This document shows positions 26,227-41,803 of a stretch of 64,000 nucleotides of DNA, piece after piece. The notes below the pieces were generated by a model. The model made no database searches. It saw nothing but the letters and a program-made list of their open reading frames with translations, and was not told the origin of the DNA. The stretch comes from the human T2T-CHM13v2.0 reference genome, Homo sapiens. The translations under genes were made by a program, and so were the position numbers. Where the stretch lies: the NCBI RefSeq assembly GCF_009914755.1, contig NC_060927.1; one strand, written 5' to 3'. Position 1 is the stretch's first letter; each line of letters opens with the position of its first letter.

Positions 26227-27724
26227 TGATACAGTTTGGCTGTGCCCCCTCCCAAATCCCAACTCACATCGTATTTCCCAGAATTCCCACGTTTTGTGGG
26301 AGGGACCTAGTGGGAGGTAATTGAATCATGGGAGCTGATCTTTCCCATGCTAGTCTGGTGATAGTGAATAAGTCTCATGAGATCTGATGGGTTTATCAGG
26401 GGTTTCTGCTTTTGCTTCTTCCTCATTTTCTCTTTCTCCTGCCATGTAAGAAGTGCCTTTTGCCTCCTGCCATGATTCTGAGGCCTCCCCAGCCATGTGG
26501 AACTGTAAGTCCAATTAAACCTCTTTTTGTTCCAAGTTTCAGGTATGTCTTCATCAGCAGCGTGAAAACGAACTAATACAGTAAATTGGTACCAGTAGAG
26601 TGGGAGTTGCTGAAAAGATACCTGAAAATGTGGAAGCAACTTTGGAACTGGGTGACATGCAGAGGTTGCAACAGTTTGGAGGGCTCAGAAGAATACAGGA
26701 AAATGTGGGAAAGTTTGGAACTTCCTAGAGACTTGTTGAATGGCTTTGCCCAAAATGTTGATAGCGATATGGACAATAAGATCCAGGCTGAGGTGGTCTC
26801 AGGTGAAGAGGAACTTGCTGGGAAATGGAGCAAAGGTGACTCTTGTGATGTTTTAGCAAAGAGACTGGCGGCATTTTGCCCCTGCCCTAGGGATTTGTGG
26901 AACTTTGAACTCAAGAGAGATGATTTAGGGTATCTGGCAGAAAAAATTTCTAAGCAGCAAGCATTCAAGAGGTGACTTGGGTACTGTTAAAGGCATTCAG
27001 CTTTAAAAGGGAAACAGAGCATAAAAGTTCAGAAAATTTGCAACCTGACCATGTGATAGAAAAGAAAACACCATTTTCTGGGGAGAAATTCAAGCCAGCT
27101 GGAGAAATTTGCATAAGTAGCAAGGAGCCTAATGTTAATCCCCAAGATTAACATTAATATCTCTACCTCCATTGTATCTGGAAAGTAACTAGCTTGCTTT
27201 TGATTTTGTAGGCTCGTAGGCAGAAAGAACTTGTATTGTTTCAGATGAGACAATGGACTGGACTTTTGAGTTAATGCTGAAATGAGTTAGGACTTTGGGG
27301 GACTATTGGGAAGGCATGATTGGTTTTAAAATGTGAGGACATGAGATTTGGGAGGGGCCAGGTGTGGAATGATATGTTTTGGCTGTGACCCCATCCAAAT
27401 TTCAACTTGAATTGTATTTCCCAGAATTCCCACATCTTGTGGGACGGACCCAGTGGGAAGTAATTGAATCATGGGAGCCAGTCTTTCCCATGCTATTCTC
27501 CTGATAGTGAATAAGTCTCACGAGATCTGATGGGTTTATCAGGAGTTTCCGCTTTTACTTTTCCCTCATTTTTCTCTTGCTGCCACCATGTAAGAAGTGT
27601 CTTTCACCTCCCACTATGATTGTGAGGCCTCCCCAGCCATGTGTAACTGTAAGTCCAATGAAACCTCTTTTTGTTCACAGTTTCAGGTATGTCTTTATCA
27701 GCAGCATGAAAATGAACTAATACA
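26227..27724 (+). mobile_element. THE1A MaLR element: LTR 26227-26580, deleted internal 26581-27369, LTR 27370-27724
   Basis: Two ~355-bp LTRs (tgata..actaataca), internal starts gtaaattggtaccag; TSD gtaac/gcaac. Confidence 0.92.
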
Positions 27725-28819
27725 GCAACTTTATACCAGTAAATGTTACATTCTGTTTGAAATAGACAAATACCTTGAAAGACACAAACTACTAAAGTGC
27801 ACACACACACACACACAAAAGATAACCTGGATATCTCTATATTTATTAAGGAAATTAAATAATTAATAATCTTCCAAAAAAAGAAATCACCAAGCCCAGA
27901 TGGTTTCTCAGGTTGATTCTACAAAGAATTGGAGGAAGAAATGATACTAATTCTCCACAATCTCTTTCAAAAATGGTAGCAGAAGGGGTACTTTCTGACT
28001 CATTTTATGAGGCCAGGATTGCCCTTAATACTTAAATCAGACCAAAATATTGCATAAATAGGAAACTATAAACATTCCTCCTAAGCCTACACACAAAAAT
28101 TCTCAACAAAATTTTAGCAAATTAAATTTAACAATACAAAAATAAGTTAACATTTTATGATTAAGTGAGGTTTATTTCAGTAATATGTTTCTTTTGACAT
28201 TTGAAAATCAATCAATGGAATTTTCTATATTAATAGACTATGATCATCTCATTAGAGACAGAAGAGGCATTGACCAAATTCAATGTCTATTTGTGATAAA
28301 AGTGCCAAGAAATCTAGAAATAGAAGAAAACTTGTTCAATCTTATAAAGAGATTTATGAAAAACTTATACCTAACATCATACTTGATAGTGACAGGATTA
28401 ATTCCTTTCTTCTGCAATTGAGGAAAAAGGCAAAAACATCTGTTTGCAAAGCTTTTATTTAGCATTGTATTGGAAGTCCCAGCCACTGCAATAAGATAAG
28501 AAAATTTCCAAACTTATTGGATAAGAAGAAAATAAGCTGTCTTTATTGGCAGATGGCATAAAGTCTTTGGAAAAAATCCCAAGGAGTCTCTAAAACAACT
28601 TAGGACCAATAAGTGAGTTTATCAGGTTTGTAGGATAAACACATAAAAAATCATTTTATTTCCATAAAAGCAATAGACAATTATAAAAATAACTGAAAAA
28701 CAACTTTTCCAATAACATCAAAAATATTAAGTAATGAAGGATAAATTTGACAAATAATGTGCAAGGCTTATACACTGAAAACTATAAAACATTATTGAGA
28801 CATATTTAAAAATATCTAA

Positions 28820-29243
<424 letters not shown>

Positions 29244-29856
29244 AACTGTAAGTATTATTCATACTTCTGTACATTGTCAAGCTGATCCCAAAATCTGGAA
29301 GATAATTTAAAACTCTTAAAATAGCCAAAGCAAATTTGAAAAGCAAGAACAAAATTTCAGAACTTGTGCTACATGATTTCAGAACTTATTATAAATCTAC
29401 AATAATCAAGAAAATGTGGGATAGGCATAAAGTTAGAGAAACCTACTAATGGAACAAGATGGAGTACAGAAGTAAATCCACATATAGATACATGGTCAAC
29501 TGGTTTTTGACAAAAGTGTAAAGGAAATTAAATGGGGAAAATGGAAGTCTTTTCAACATATTGTTCTGGCACAATTTGATAGCCAAGTGTAAAAAAAAAA
29601 AAGAAATTAACCTCAAATCTTATAACACACCATATACAAAAATTAACTTACATGGAATATATACCTGATTGCAAGAAATAAAACTATAAGACATTTGGAA
29701 GAAAACAGAGGGAAAAATCTTAGTGACCTTAAGTTATCCCATATTTTCTTAAATAGGACACTAAAAGTGTAAAGTATAAGATTTAAAAATTAATAAATTG
29801 AATTTATCAAAATTTTGAAAGCGTGCTCTTCAGAGGTTACTGGTAAGAAAATAAAA

Positions 29857-32800
29857 GCTGGAAGATGGTGGATAGGAGGCAGGGCTAACATGCATCTTTC
29901 ACTTGGATGGATAGAACAGTTTGTGGAGAGTCACACTGTGAACTTTTATTTCAAGAATCACCACAGGAATGCACCAGGAAAACCAAAAGAATAAACGAAG
30001 CCTTTGAAACAAGCAGCAGCACACCACTGCAAACTCCATGAGACAGGCAAAAAACTGTGAGTCCCCAAAGTGTGAGGGGGGAGCCCTGCCTCTGAACACA
30101 CTTCCTCACTAGGGAATCTGCAAATCTAGATCAGAGGAGAAGGATTTAACCTTACTTAAAGCTTGAAAAGATTTAGGGAGCCATGCAAAATTTAAAAGTA
30201 GAAGCAGCAGCAGGAAGAGCTTTGTAGGCATTCCCAGTCTCCAGCTCAAGCCCAGGGAAGCCGTCCCTGACTATATCTGACTGTATCTCACAGAGGCCCT
30301 CAGGGAAGGCAGCCGGTAGAATTAGGGAGGGGCCCAGATGAAAGAAGCTTCCAAGTGAATTTTGTGATAATTTCTAGTGGGCATGAACTTCCTTGAGCAG
30401 AATCTTGGGGGTGAACAGGGACTGCTGCAGATCCAAGTGCAGGAGCCACAGCCATTATGAGCAGATGGGGAGGAGTGTGTCACGAAAGCCGCGCTTGCTT
30501 TCTCGATGGGGAAGCTTATAGCCTGGGGCAGGTCTGATTTCTGCTTGCAGGCTGCCTGGATTCCAACTCAGCACTGTTAGTGGGGCACTGTGGGAGTGAG
30601 ACTGGCCTCGACAACTGCATGGGAGTTGAGTGAGGCCTATCATTACCTGCTATCCCTCACTTCCCTGGTGACCCATATGACACAGCAGAGGCAGCCATAC
30701 TTCCCTCTGGAACATAACACCGTTGGCCTGAGAACCACCCCCATGCTCCACAGTGGCCACAGCAAGCCCTGCCCAAGGAGAGTATGAGCTCAGACCCACC
30801 TAACCCTGTCCCCACCCGATGGCTTTTCTCTATCCACCCTAGTAGCTGAACAAAAAACTATAGCTCTTGGGAGCTTTATGGCCCTGCCGAGTGCCTGAGA
30901 AGCCAGAATACCTCCCCTGGCCAACTTAGGGCAAGCTTAAATCCCACTGCTAATACCACAACTGGTGCTGCCTTGAAAGAACCACCTCCTGGCTGGAGGC
31001 CAAACAACTCAGGCCATTATAGCAACTCATGACAGAATGATCCTGCTCTCAGGAAAGAGAAAACAATAGTTAATTCCACCACCTGCAGCATTCTAGTTAA
31101 CTAGAGGTCCTGAGTTTGTCCACATGCCAACTTCACTGCTAGCATAACCAGCATTTGAGAAAGCCAGCACACTAAACCTCTCTACAACCAAAGAATCTCA
31201 TCACTCCTCTGATGCCTCCTCCAGAGCAGGTGCTGGTATCCACAGCTGGGAGAGCTGAAAAATGATCACATCACTGAACTCTTTGTGGACATTCATCAGC
31301 AGCAGTCTGGAGCCCCATAGCCCCACTGGGTGACTAGTCTCAGAAAAGCAATAATAATCACTGCAGTCCAACTCTCAGGGAGCCCCATCTCTAGAGGAAG
31401 GGGGAGAGCACCACATCAAGGGATCACCCCATGGGACAAAAGAATCTGAACAGCAGGCCTTGAATTCCACATCCTTCCACTGGTGGGTAGTTTCTCACAG
31501 AAGAGATACAATTGCAGTGCTGGGCACAGTAGGGAAAGTCTGCACCTCTACACCAACAGGCAGGCTGCCTCTGTGATTGTGAAGGGCCTTGGAGAAGGGG
31601 TCCTTCTTCCCTACTGCCACTCCACCACAAATGCAGCTGGGGCTTCCCCCACAAGAATGCAGTGTGGAGGCACCTGTAGGCAGCATTTCTGGAACAATCC
31701 AGGCTGAGTGGAGCCCCACAGGAGGAGCACCCCCCCAGATTCAGGCCTATACAAGCGGCAGTGTCACAATTCCTTCCTACTTGGAACTCAACATTCCTAT
31801 AGATTAAAAGAGGTGCCTGTCTCATCTGAAGAGCTGCAACACTAGGACAGGAGTGAGGCTTTGAGGTGAAGAGCTTTCCTGCTGACCTGGCAAGAGAGCT
31901 GAGGTAGCTCCCACTCTTCACCAAGGTAAAACCTCAGCTCGTCTAATTGAGAGTGCCCCCAGTTACTCATCAAGGCTTGGACCTTGGCCCACCACTGGGT
32001 ATTATATCTTCCCACCTGCCTTAGCCACACCTGGAGCCTAACCAGGCTTACCTCTCCTATTGACCTGAAGCCTGAATCATCAAATCAGTAAATAAAACAC
32101 TGGGAAAAATTAAATAAACAAATAAATTGTACACCACTAGGGAACGAGATAAGTTTCAAGAGATCCCTGCCATTTCAACTTGAGAGGAGACGTCGAACTC
32201 ACCCACACACCAAGAATATAACTACTACAACCAACATTGGGGAAAACCAGCACACAAAGACTCTCTATAACTAAGGAACTCATACAGAGTCTTTACCCCT
32301 ACAAGCACCAAGAATCAAATTAGACTATAATAAACATTGAAGTCTGATTCTTAAGAGGAAAACACAAAAAAGAAAAGAAAATTAAATCTACAAAACACAG
32401 TCCAATCAAAAAAGAATTCAAGAACAATTTGAATAAATTGTCTACAGAAATGAGAAGGAACCAGAAAAGTAGTTCTGGTAACATGAAAAACATAGTTCTA
32501 TAACACCCCCAAAAGATCACACTAGCTCTCTAGCAATGGATTTAAACCAGGAAGAAACCTCTGAATTGCCATATAAAGAATTCAGAAGGTTAAATATTAA
32601 GCTACTCAACGAGATATCAGAGAAAGGTGAAAACCAACTTAAAGAAATTAAAAAAAATACAGGATACGGATGCATAATATTGAAGAAAAATAGATATCAT
32701 TAGAAAAACAATCACAACTTCTGGAAATGAAAGAAACATTTAGGGAAATACAAAATGCAATGGAAAATTTCAACAATAGGCTAGAACAAGTCGAAGAAAG

Positions 32801-35482
32801 AGCTTCAGAGCTCAGAGACAAGCCTTTCAAATTAACCCAATTAGACAGAGACAAACAAAAAAGAATAATAAAAAAGTAAACAAAGCTCTCAAGAAAGCTG
32901 GGATTATGTTAAATGACCAAACGTAAGAATAATTGGTGTTCCTGAGGAAGAAGAGACATCTAAAACTTTAGAAAACTTATTTGAGGGAATAATTGAGGAC
33001 GACTTCCCTGGCCTTTGTCTTTTTCAGGCAAACAAATGCTGAGAGAATTCTCCACTACCAAGCTTAGTTTTTCAGACAAATGATGCTGAGATAATAGTGG
33101 GGGACTTCAATACACCACTGACAGCACTAGTCAGGTCATCAAGACAGAAAGTCAACAAAACTACTATTAACACTTTTATGCACACAAACTAAAAAAATGG
33201 AGAGATGGATAAATTCTTGGAAACATACAACCCTCCTATATTAAATCAGGAAGAAATAGAAACTCTGAACAGACCAATAACAATTAGCAAGATTGAGACA
33301 GTAATAAAAAAATCGCCAACAACAAAAAAAATCCAGGACCAGATGGATTCACAGCTGCATTCTAGTAGATATTCAAAGAATTGGTACCAATCCTACTGAA
33401 ACAATTCCAAAAGATAGAGAAAGACAGAATCCTTCGAAATCATTCTGTGAAGCCAGTATCACATTAATACCAAAATCAGAAAAGGATATAACAAAAAGAG
33501 AAAACTATAGACCAACATCCCTGATGAACATAGATGCAAAAATCAAATAAATACTAGCTAACCAAATCCAACAGCATATCAAAATATCAAAAAGATAATC
33601 CACCATGAACAAATGGCTTTCATACAAAGGATGCACGGATGGTTTAACATACGCAAGTTGATGCATGTGATACACCACATAAGCAGAATTAAAAACAAAA
33701 ACCACGTGATCATCTCAACAGACACAGAAAAAGCATTTGACAAAATCCAGCATCCCTATATGATTAAAACCCTCAGCAAAATTGGCATAGAAGGGACATA
33801 GCTTAAGGTAGTAAAAGACATATATTACAAGCCCACAGCCAACATTATACTGAATGGGAAAAAGTTGAAAGCATTCCACCTGAGAAGTAGAACAAGACAA
33901 GGATGCCCACTTTCATTACTTCTATTCAACGTAGTCCTGGAAATTCTAGCCAGAGCAATCAGGCAGAAGAAAGAAATGAAGGGCATCCAAGTCAATAAAG
34001 AGGAAGTCAAACTGTCGCTGTTCATTGATGATATGATTGTATACCTAGAAAACCCTAAAGACTCATCTGAAAAGCTTCTAGATCTGATAAATGAATTCAA
34101 TAATGTTTCAGAACACAAAGTCAATGTACAAAAATCAGTAGCACTGCTACATACCAACAATGACCAGGCTGAGAATCAAATCAAGAACTTAACCCCCTTT
34201 ACAATTGCTGCAAAAAACAAAACAAACAAACAAACAAAAACTTAGGAATATACCTAACCAAGGAGATAAAAGACATCTACAAGGAAAACTACAAAAAGCT
34301 GCTGAAAGCAATCATAGATGACGTGAACAAATGGAAACACATCCCATGCTCATGGATTGATAGAATCAATATTGTGAAAATGACCATACTGCCAAAATAA
34401 ATCTACAAATTCAATGCAATTCCCATCAAAATACTATCATCATTCTTTGCAGAACTAAAAAAAAAATTCTAAAATTTATATGGAACCCCCCCACCAAAAA
34501 AAAGCCTGCATAGCCAAAGCAAGACTAAGCAAAAAGAGCAAATTGGGAGGCATCACATTACCTGACTTCAAACTATACTACGAGACTATCCTTACCTAAA
34601 CAGCATGGTTCTGGTATAAAAATAAGCATGCAGACCAATGGAACAGAATAGAGAACCCAGAAATAAAGCCAAAGATTTATACCCAACTGATCATTGACAA
34701 AGCATTCAAAAACATGAAGTAGGGAAAGAACACCTACTCATTATCAAGGAAATACAAATTAAAACCACAATTCAGTATACCACCTAACTCCTGCAAGAAT
34801 GGCCATAATTTAAAAAATCAAAAAATAATAATTGTTGGCATCGATGTGGTGAAAAGAGAACACCTTTACACTGCTGGTGGGAATGTAAACTAGTACAACC
34901 ACTGTAGAAAACAGTATGGAGATTCCTTAAAGGACTGAAAGTACTTCTACCATTCGACTCAGCAATCTCACTGCTGGTTATCTACCCAAAGGAAAAGAAG
35001 TCATTATATGAAAAAGACACTTGCACACACAAGTTTATAGCAGCACAATTCACAAGTGATAAAATATGGAACCAACCTAAATGCCCATCAACTAACAAGT
35101 GAATAAAGAAAATGTCGTATATGTACATCATGCAATACTATAAAAGGAACAAAATAATGGCTTTTGTAGCAACTTCGATGAAGTTAGAGACCACTTTCTA
35201 AGCTAAGTAACTCAGGAGTGGAAAACCAAATATCGTATGTTCCCACTTATAAGTGGGAGTTAAGCTATGAGGATGCAAAGGCATAAGAATGGTATAATGG
35301 ACTTTGAGGACTCGAGGGGAAGGATGGGAGGGTAGAGATAAAATATTACACATTGGGTACAGTGTGTACTGCTCGGGTCATGGGTGCACCGAAAACTCAG
35401 AAATCACCACTAAAGAACTTATTCATGTAACCAAAAACCACCTGTTTCCCCAAAACCTACTGAAATAAAAAAATAAAATAAT
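29857..35482 (+). mobile_element. L1PB-type LINE with 5' UTR and 3' end present but multiple internal deletions
   Basis: 5' aagatggtggatagg..; ORF1 remnant ~32480-33015; ORF2 fragments (MDKFLETYN.., [30 protein letters not shown]); L1PB-type 3' UTR and A-rich tail. Confidence 0.88.
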
Positions 35483-36430
35483 ATCTAAGTTGCAGATTTG
35501 GGAGAAAATATTTGCATAATATATATCTAACAAAGGACTTTTATCCAGAATAAAGAATTGTTACAACTGTAAAATGAGAAGACAAGGAACATAATTTGTT
35601 TAAATGGGCAAATGATTTCAACTGGCACTTTACCAAAGAAGACACATAGATGGCATACAAAAAAAAGCTGAACATTATGAGTTATTAGTGAAATGCAAAT
35701 TGAACCGAAATGGGATACAACTACACTTTGACTAGAATGGCCAAAATTTAAAAATATGATGAAACAAAATGATAATTCCAAATGTTAACATGAAGTGGAG
35801 AAATTAGAACTCTCAAATACTACTGGTTTGAATATATAAAGTGGTACAACGATTTTGGAAAACAGTTTGGCACTTTCTTAAAAAGTTGAACATTCTTTTA
35901 CCATACAATCCAGCTATTCCATTCCTAAGTAAATATTTTTCCAAGAGCTATGAAAACATACATTCATAGAAAAGTTGCACTTAAATAATTATGGCAGCAC
36001 TATTTTTATCAGCCAAAAATTGAAGTCCACTGAATGTCTATCAATGGCTTAATGTAAACAAATTGTGGTAAATCCATAAAATGGAACAGTATTTGGCAAC
36101 AAGATTATTGATTGATGGATAAAGTTGAAAGTAATTATACTAAGTCCAAGAAGCCAGACAAAAAAGTACAATTATATGATTCCATTGTATAAAATTCTAG
36201 ACAATGCAAACTAATCTACAGTGACAGAAAGCAATTCAATGTTTTCCTGGTGAAAGAGAGATAAATATTTTACCAAATGGCATGAGAAGACTTTCTGGGT
36301 TAATGGAAATCTTTTTCATCTTAATTGTGGCATGGTTACAGGGTCTATACATATTACAACATTTGTCCAATTTTGTACAGTAAATATATACAGTTTATCA
36401 TACATATTTATCCCTTAATAAAATTGTAAA
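35483..36430 (+). mobile_element. 3' end of the old L1M element split by the L1PB insertion
   Basis: gggagaaaatatttgca.. continues the ORF2 text broken at 29856; L1M-type 3' UTR ending ttaataaaattg. Confidence 0.75.
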
Positions 36431-36933
36431 TGCCTTTATAAAACAAACAAAAGAAGGAAGGAAGGGAGACAAATTTTTGGCAGGGGGCTAGACAGAATTC
36501 TCAGTGAGAAAGGCATATAAGAAAGATATTGAGGAATTGGTGGAAAGAGAATTCAAGAAAAAGCAATGATATATTAAAAAGGGCTTTGAATCAATAGCAT
36601 TGTGTCGACCTTTTTTTAAATCCTGGGTTCATTCGGATTAGCTTTATGGAAGAGGTAATCTGAGAAGAGGCTTAAGCTGTGGTTTTAGAGTATGAGCTGC
36701 AATATGACACATGATGCTGTGCAGAGTACAAGAAAAAAGAATATTAAATCACAGGCTTAAAAGTGTCACCTTGTCACATTCTCTACCTCCAAGCAAGGTT
36801 TATTTCAGAGGCATTTGGAGAAGACAGTGTTCCACAGCCCATTTCTCTAAAATGTGTTCATAATATCAGGAACTATCCAGCCATCTATCCAGGAGCTTTG
36901 GATTGATCTTTGATTCCTATCTCTTCTCACCCC

Positions 36934-37386
36934 TGTGGCAGCCATGGAAGAGACCCTTCCAGATCTTCCCTCAAGAGAAGTCTGCGGCAAGGAGTGCAGT
37001 TAGCTGACAGCCTACACCTGTAGCACCTTTTCATCCATCACAACATTTGAGCTGAGGTCATTCTCTTTCCTGTAGCACCTACTCAATGAATGAGCCTCAC
37101 CATTTTTGTCCAATGAAGGATTCCTTGCCTGACATTCCTTGGATCAGAGCTCTCCAATAAGTTGGTCAAATCTCAGAGCTTCACCAAAATCTGAGGCTCT
37201 TCCTATCTAATCAACCTTCCTTTCTCCTCTCCTTTCACAGATATCAGACCTACCTCATGGTCTAAAGACTTTTCCTACCCCTTTCTGTTCCCTCTGTTTT
37301 GTCTTTCATAGACATTACCGCTAATGAATCTGTTGCACTTCTAACTCTGTCTTATCCATCCACTTTCTAGAGGACTTGAACTGACA
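36934..37386 (+). mobile_element. ERVL solo LTR, LTR16-like, inserted in L2
   Basis: tgtggcagccatgg..cagatcttccctcaagagaa..agttagctgacagcc ... aactgaca. Confidence 0.65.
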
Positions 37387-39129
37387 TGCACATTCTTCAT
37401 TCCTTCATTCCAAGTTCTATTGAGTCTATCCTCAAACTCTTTCTTGAAGTTGTTTCCTCTTCCCCAATTTCACTGCCACTGCCTTAGGTGAGGCTGTTCT
37501 AGTTTCATTGTTCAAGAGCTTGACATAAAAAAAGGTCAGACATGGAACTTGAATTCCAGTGCTAGTTTTACCCTAGGGAACAGAGTGGTTGCCTGTGTGG
37601 CCTGAATATCTGAAAAAGATGGCTACATACCCTTAAGAACAGAATCCACTCTGATAAATAACTGGCATCTAATATTCCATGCTCAAAGTTTACCTTATTT
37701 CTTTTCCTCCTGAAATGAGAAAAGGTTAATCACAGTCTCTGTTCTTCTTTATAAAGATTCAGAGAGACTGGTGAAAATCTCATTGGAAAGAGCTGTGAGC
37801 TCCGTAGAAGCTCTGATAAATTTCTACTATGGATAAAAATGCTGACCTGTGACTATTCCCACATGTGCCTTTCAATTTGATTCCAAATAAGAGCTGACTG
37901 CTTTCCTCTGATGTTTAAAGCCTTCTAATCTTGTCTCTCAATACCCTCTCTCATCCGACATATGTTCCAGCCAAATGAAACTGCTTGCTTATCCCAAAGC
38001 ACAGTTTGTGCTGTTTCACTTCAGTAATTTGACGCATTCTCTTTTCTCTGTCTGGAATCCCCTTGCCTCTTACTTCCAAAGCTGCTTGTACAAATTCTAC
38101 TAATCATTTAAAGCCTGTGTGAAATATGATATCTCCAAAGAATCCTCAGTTACTCTCTCTCTCTGCCACCATCTCACAGTAATTTTTCTAGTGTATTTTT
38201 CATGGTACTCAATGCTTTCCACCATGTCTTGTGTTTATCAGATACCTGTCTCATACTACCTACTAGGTAATAAGCTCCTTGCCCATCTCTCACCCCTACC
38301 CTTCCTGGGCCTGTACCTGAAGGCTGCTCAATACCTCGATTCTAATGGGTACATTGTTTTCACAAGTGGTGACGGGTTCCCTTGTGTTCCATGCATTCTC
38401 ATAGGGTTTCTCATTGAGATCATAGGTCAGCCTGGCAAGGCTGCTGGTGGGGCTCTAGGCAGCTTTGCCAGGAAACTGAGTATTTTCCTGAGCACAGCCT
38501 ATTGTGAGTCTTTCATTGTTAGCACAGTTCTCTGGTGAAACTGGATAAAAGCATAAATAAGTAGAAGTTCTTCAAGGCTTCTCATGAGGAGATGGATGGC
38601 CATCATTACTAAAGCAGACTACCTTGCCTCCAGTGTCTGAGCAGTTTCAGAACGAGTTGCTGCACCCGGGGAAGAACATTGATATTAGTAATTTCTATGC
38701 CACTCCTAAGATCCACTCCATTCTGTGTCCCCTCATTCTGATTCTCAGTTACCCTAAGGGCTCTCGGGCACCCACCTCTTCCTCTTGAAAGTCACATTTG
38801 AAATGTGGACAGAGTCCTCAGACATTTCTCTAAGAGCCTTGCAGTGGTCCCAGCCTTGCCAAGGGGTTCTCTGCTCTGTGTACCCAATACCAACTTTGGT
38901 GAACATGTCCCCAGGTCTGTAAACATTCAGCAATGAACACATACTGTAGTATATCATGTGTCAAGAACAGAGCTGTGCATACAGAAATAAATAATACCGA
39001 GATCCTGCCCTCATTCAGTAAGCCCAAGTGGTCTTTATTTTTAGGAGACAAATTATTTTCAGGTTCAAACATTTATGACCTCCTTGGAGGTCAATTCTCA
39101 CTTTAAAGTTGAATTCAAAAGCAGTTTTT

Positions 39130-39415
39130 TTTGGTTGTTTTATTTTATTTTTTGAGATGGAGTCTTACTCTGCCATCCAGGCTGGAGTCCAGTGACGCAG
39201 TCTCGACTCACTGGAGCCTCAACTTCAGGCAATCCTCCCATCGCAGCCTCCTGAGTAGCTGGGACTACACATGCCTGGCTAGTTTTTGTATTTTTAGTAG
39301 AGTTGGAGTTTCGCCATGTTGCCCAGGCTGCTTTCCAACTCCTGGGCTCAAGTGATCTGCCTGCCTCAGCCTCCCAAAGTGCTGGGATTACAGGTGTGAG
39401 CCACCATGCCTGGCC
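39130..39415 (-). mobile_element. AluJ SINE with small deletions
   Basis: TSD caaaagcagttttt (39116-39129 / 39418-39431). Confidence 0.88.
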
Positions 39416-40474
39416 CCCAAAAGCAGTTTTTGCTGAGGCAAAACAAACTTCCTTGATTCAGATAATCAACTCTGTCCACCATATCCATCAATTACTCTCA
39501 CCCATCATCAGACAAGCATTTCACAAAAGCTGTGGTATAGATCATCAGCTTAACTCAGTGTGTAATCAGATAGATGAGTCAACACACACATAAGGAGGAA
39601 AGTCGTTCTCTCACACGGTCTTCCATGCAATGTAGAAATTCTTTAGCTTTCTCAGGTAATAAAGACTGCTGAGAACAGAAAGTTCTGGAGGGCAGTTCAC
39701 AGATCCCCCAGGCTGATCATCACTTGGATAGCAATTTTCTCAGGTGCAGATAATTAGCTCTAGCTGAAAAGGCAAAAGTGTGTCCCCCAGCAAGCAGGAA
39801 CAAACCTAGTATTTGTCTTAATTTGCAAAAGGTTTCTAATAGTGACATTTTTAATTGCCAGACCAAATATCTAGCAGCTGCCACCAGCCCAGGTCCTGAG
39901 GCTGGAATGCAGCCTGACTATTAATTTCCTGAAAGCCTAGCAAAACAAAGTTGTGTGCCAGATTCTCCAGAAAAGTCTCCTCTTTCAGTAACAAATCTTC
40001 CTCGGGCTTCCAAACCTCTTCCCAAGGTCTCAGTGAAGATAAAGGAAACATAAAAGCATCACCGTGGATCCTATCACAGCACTGTTGAAAGACCTATCAC
40101 TGCCTGCCACTAGAGAGCCAAAGTTTCATCTTGTCAAGAGTTCAAATGCCCTGGGATTTTCCATTCTTCTTATCTGTCATTGTGAAGACATGCACCCATT
40201 CATTAGTAAGTTACTTCTTACTTTTAAAGAGTTAAAAAACTTAGAGCCTTTTGGCTCTGCAGAATGAGTCTGAGCCCTGAGATCAGTCAAGAGACCTGCT
40301 TGTTGGGCTTTATTGTAATATTAACTCGTTGTTTTTCCTGGAGAAAGTTATTCTCTTTGAAACAGTGCATTCACCTAACACTCAGGGATAATAACATCCA
40401 CCCTGCCTATTGAAGCTCTGTGACACTCAAATGTTATAATACATCAGAATAAATTTGATAAAAGTAAAAAATCA

Positions 40475-41068
<594 letters not shown>

Positions 41069-41215
41069 ACACGGTATAAATGTCAAAATAGAGCTGATGG
41101 TTAATCTGCTTAATGTGGTATGTTGTTTATGTAGACCAAAAGACACAAACGTTTATTATAGCTTTGTTAAATAGCAAAAGAAAAAAATTATGTTGGGTTA
41201 AGAATCAGCAAGCCT

Positions 41216-41510
41216 GGACAGGTGCAGTGGCTCATACCTGTAATCCTAGAACTTTGGAAAGCCAACGCTGGCAGATTGCTTGAGCTCAGGAGTTCGAGAC
41301 CAGCCTGGACAACATGGTCAAACCTCATCTGTACAAAAATACAAAAATTAGCCAGACATGGTGGTGTGCACCGGTAGTCCCAGCTACTTTGGAGGCTGAG
41401 GTAGTAGTATTGCTTGAGCCCAGGGGGTCAAGACTGCAGTAAGCCAAGATTGTGCCACTGTACTCCACCCTGGGTGACAGAGCAAGACCTTGTCTCAAAA
41501 AAAAAAAAAA
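41216..41510 (+). mobile_element. AluJ SINE
   Basis: Full dimer; imperfect TSD aatcagcaagcct / aatcagtgagctt. Confidence 0.88.
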
Positions 41511-41803
41511 TCAGTGAGCTTGTAGATTGGACCATATTTGAGTTTTAGCACACTGGCGGGTACACAAAAGACAGTAAGTTTTTGTTGAATAAAATCCTGT
41601 GATGGGATGCCATTTGGTTATCAGCTCAAATTCTGTCTCTGCTTTAGCCTCTGAAAGGCATCTTGGGATAGAGAAAAGTGCTTACACCCCCCTGCAAGGC
41701 ATTGCTAACAGGGAACTTTACTGTCAAGAAGCCATGCACCTGGACATTAAAGCTCAGTGAAAGAAACCAAGAAGTCCAGGCATGTTTAAGGAGTTTATTT
41801 GGG

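Noticed and set aside
26586-26975. 129-aa ORF in the THE1 internal region
   Set aside because: Remnant of the known MaLR internal ORF in a deleted copy.
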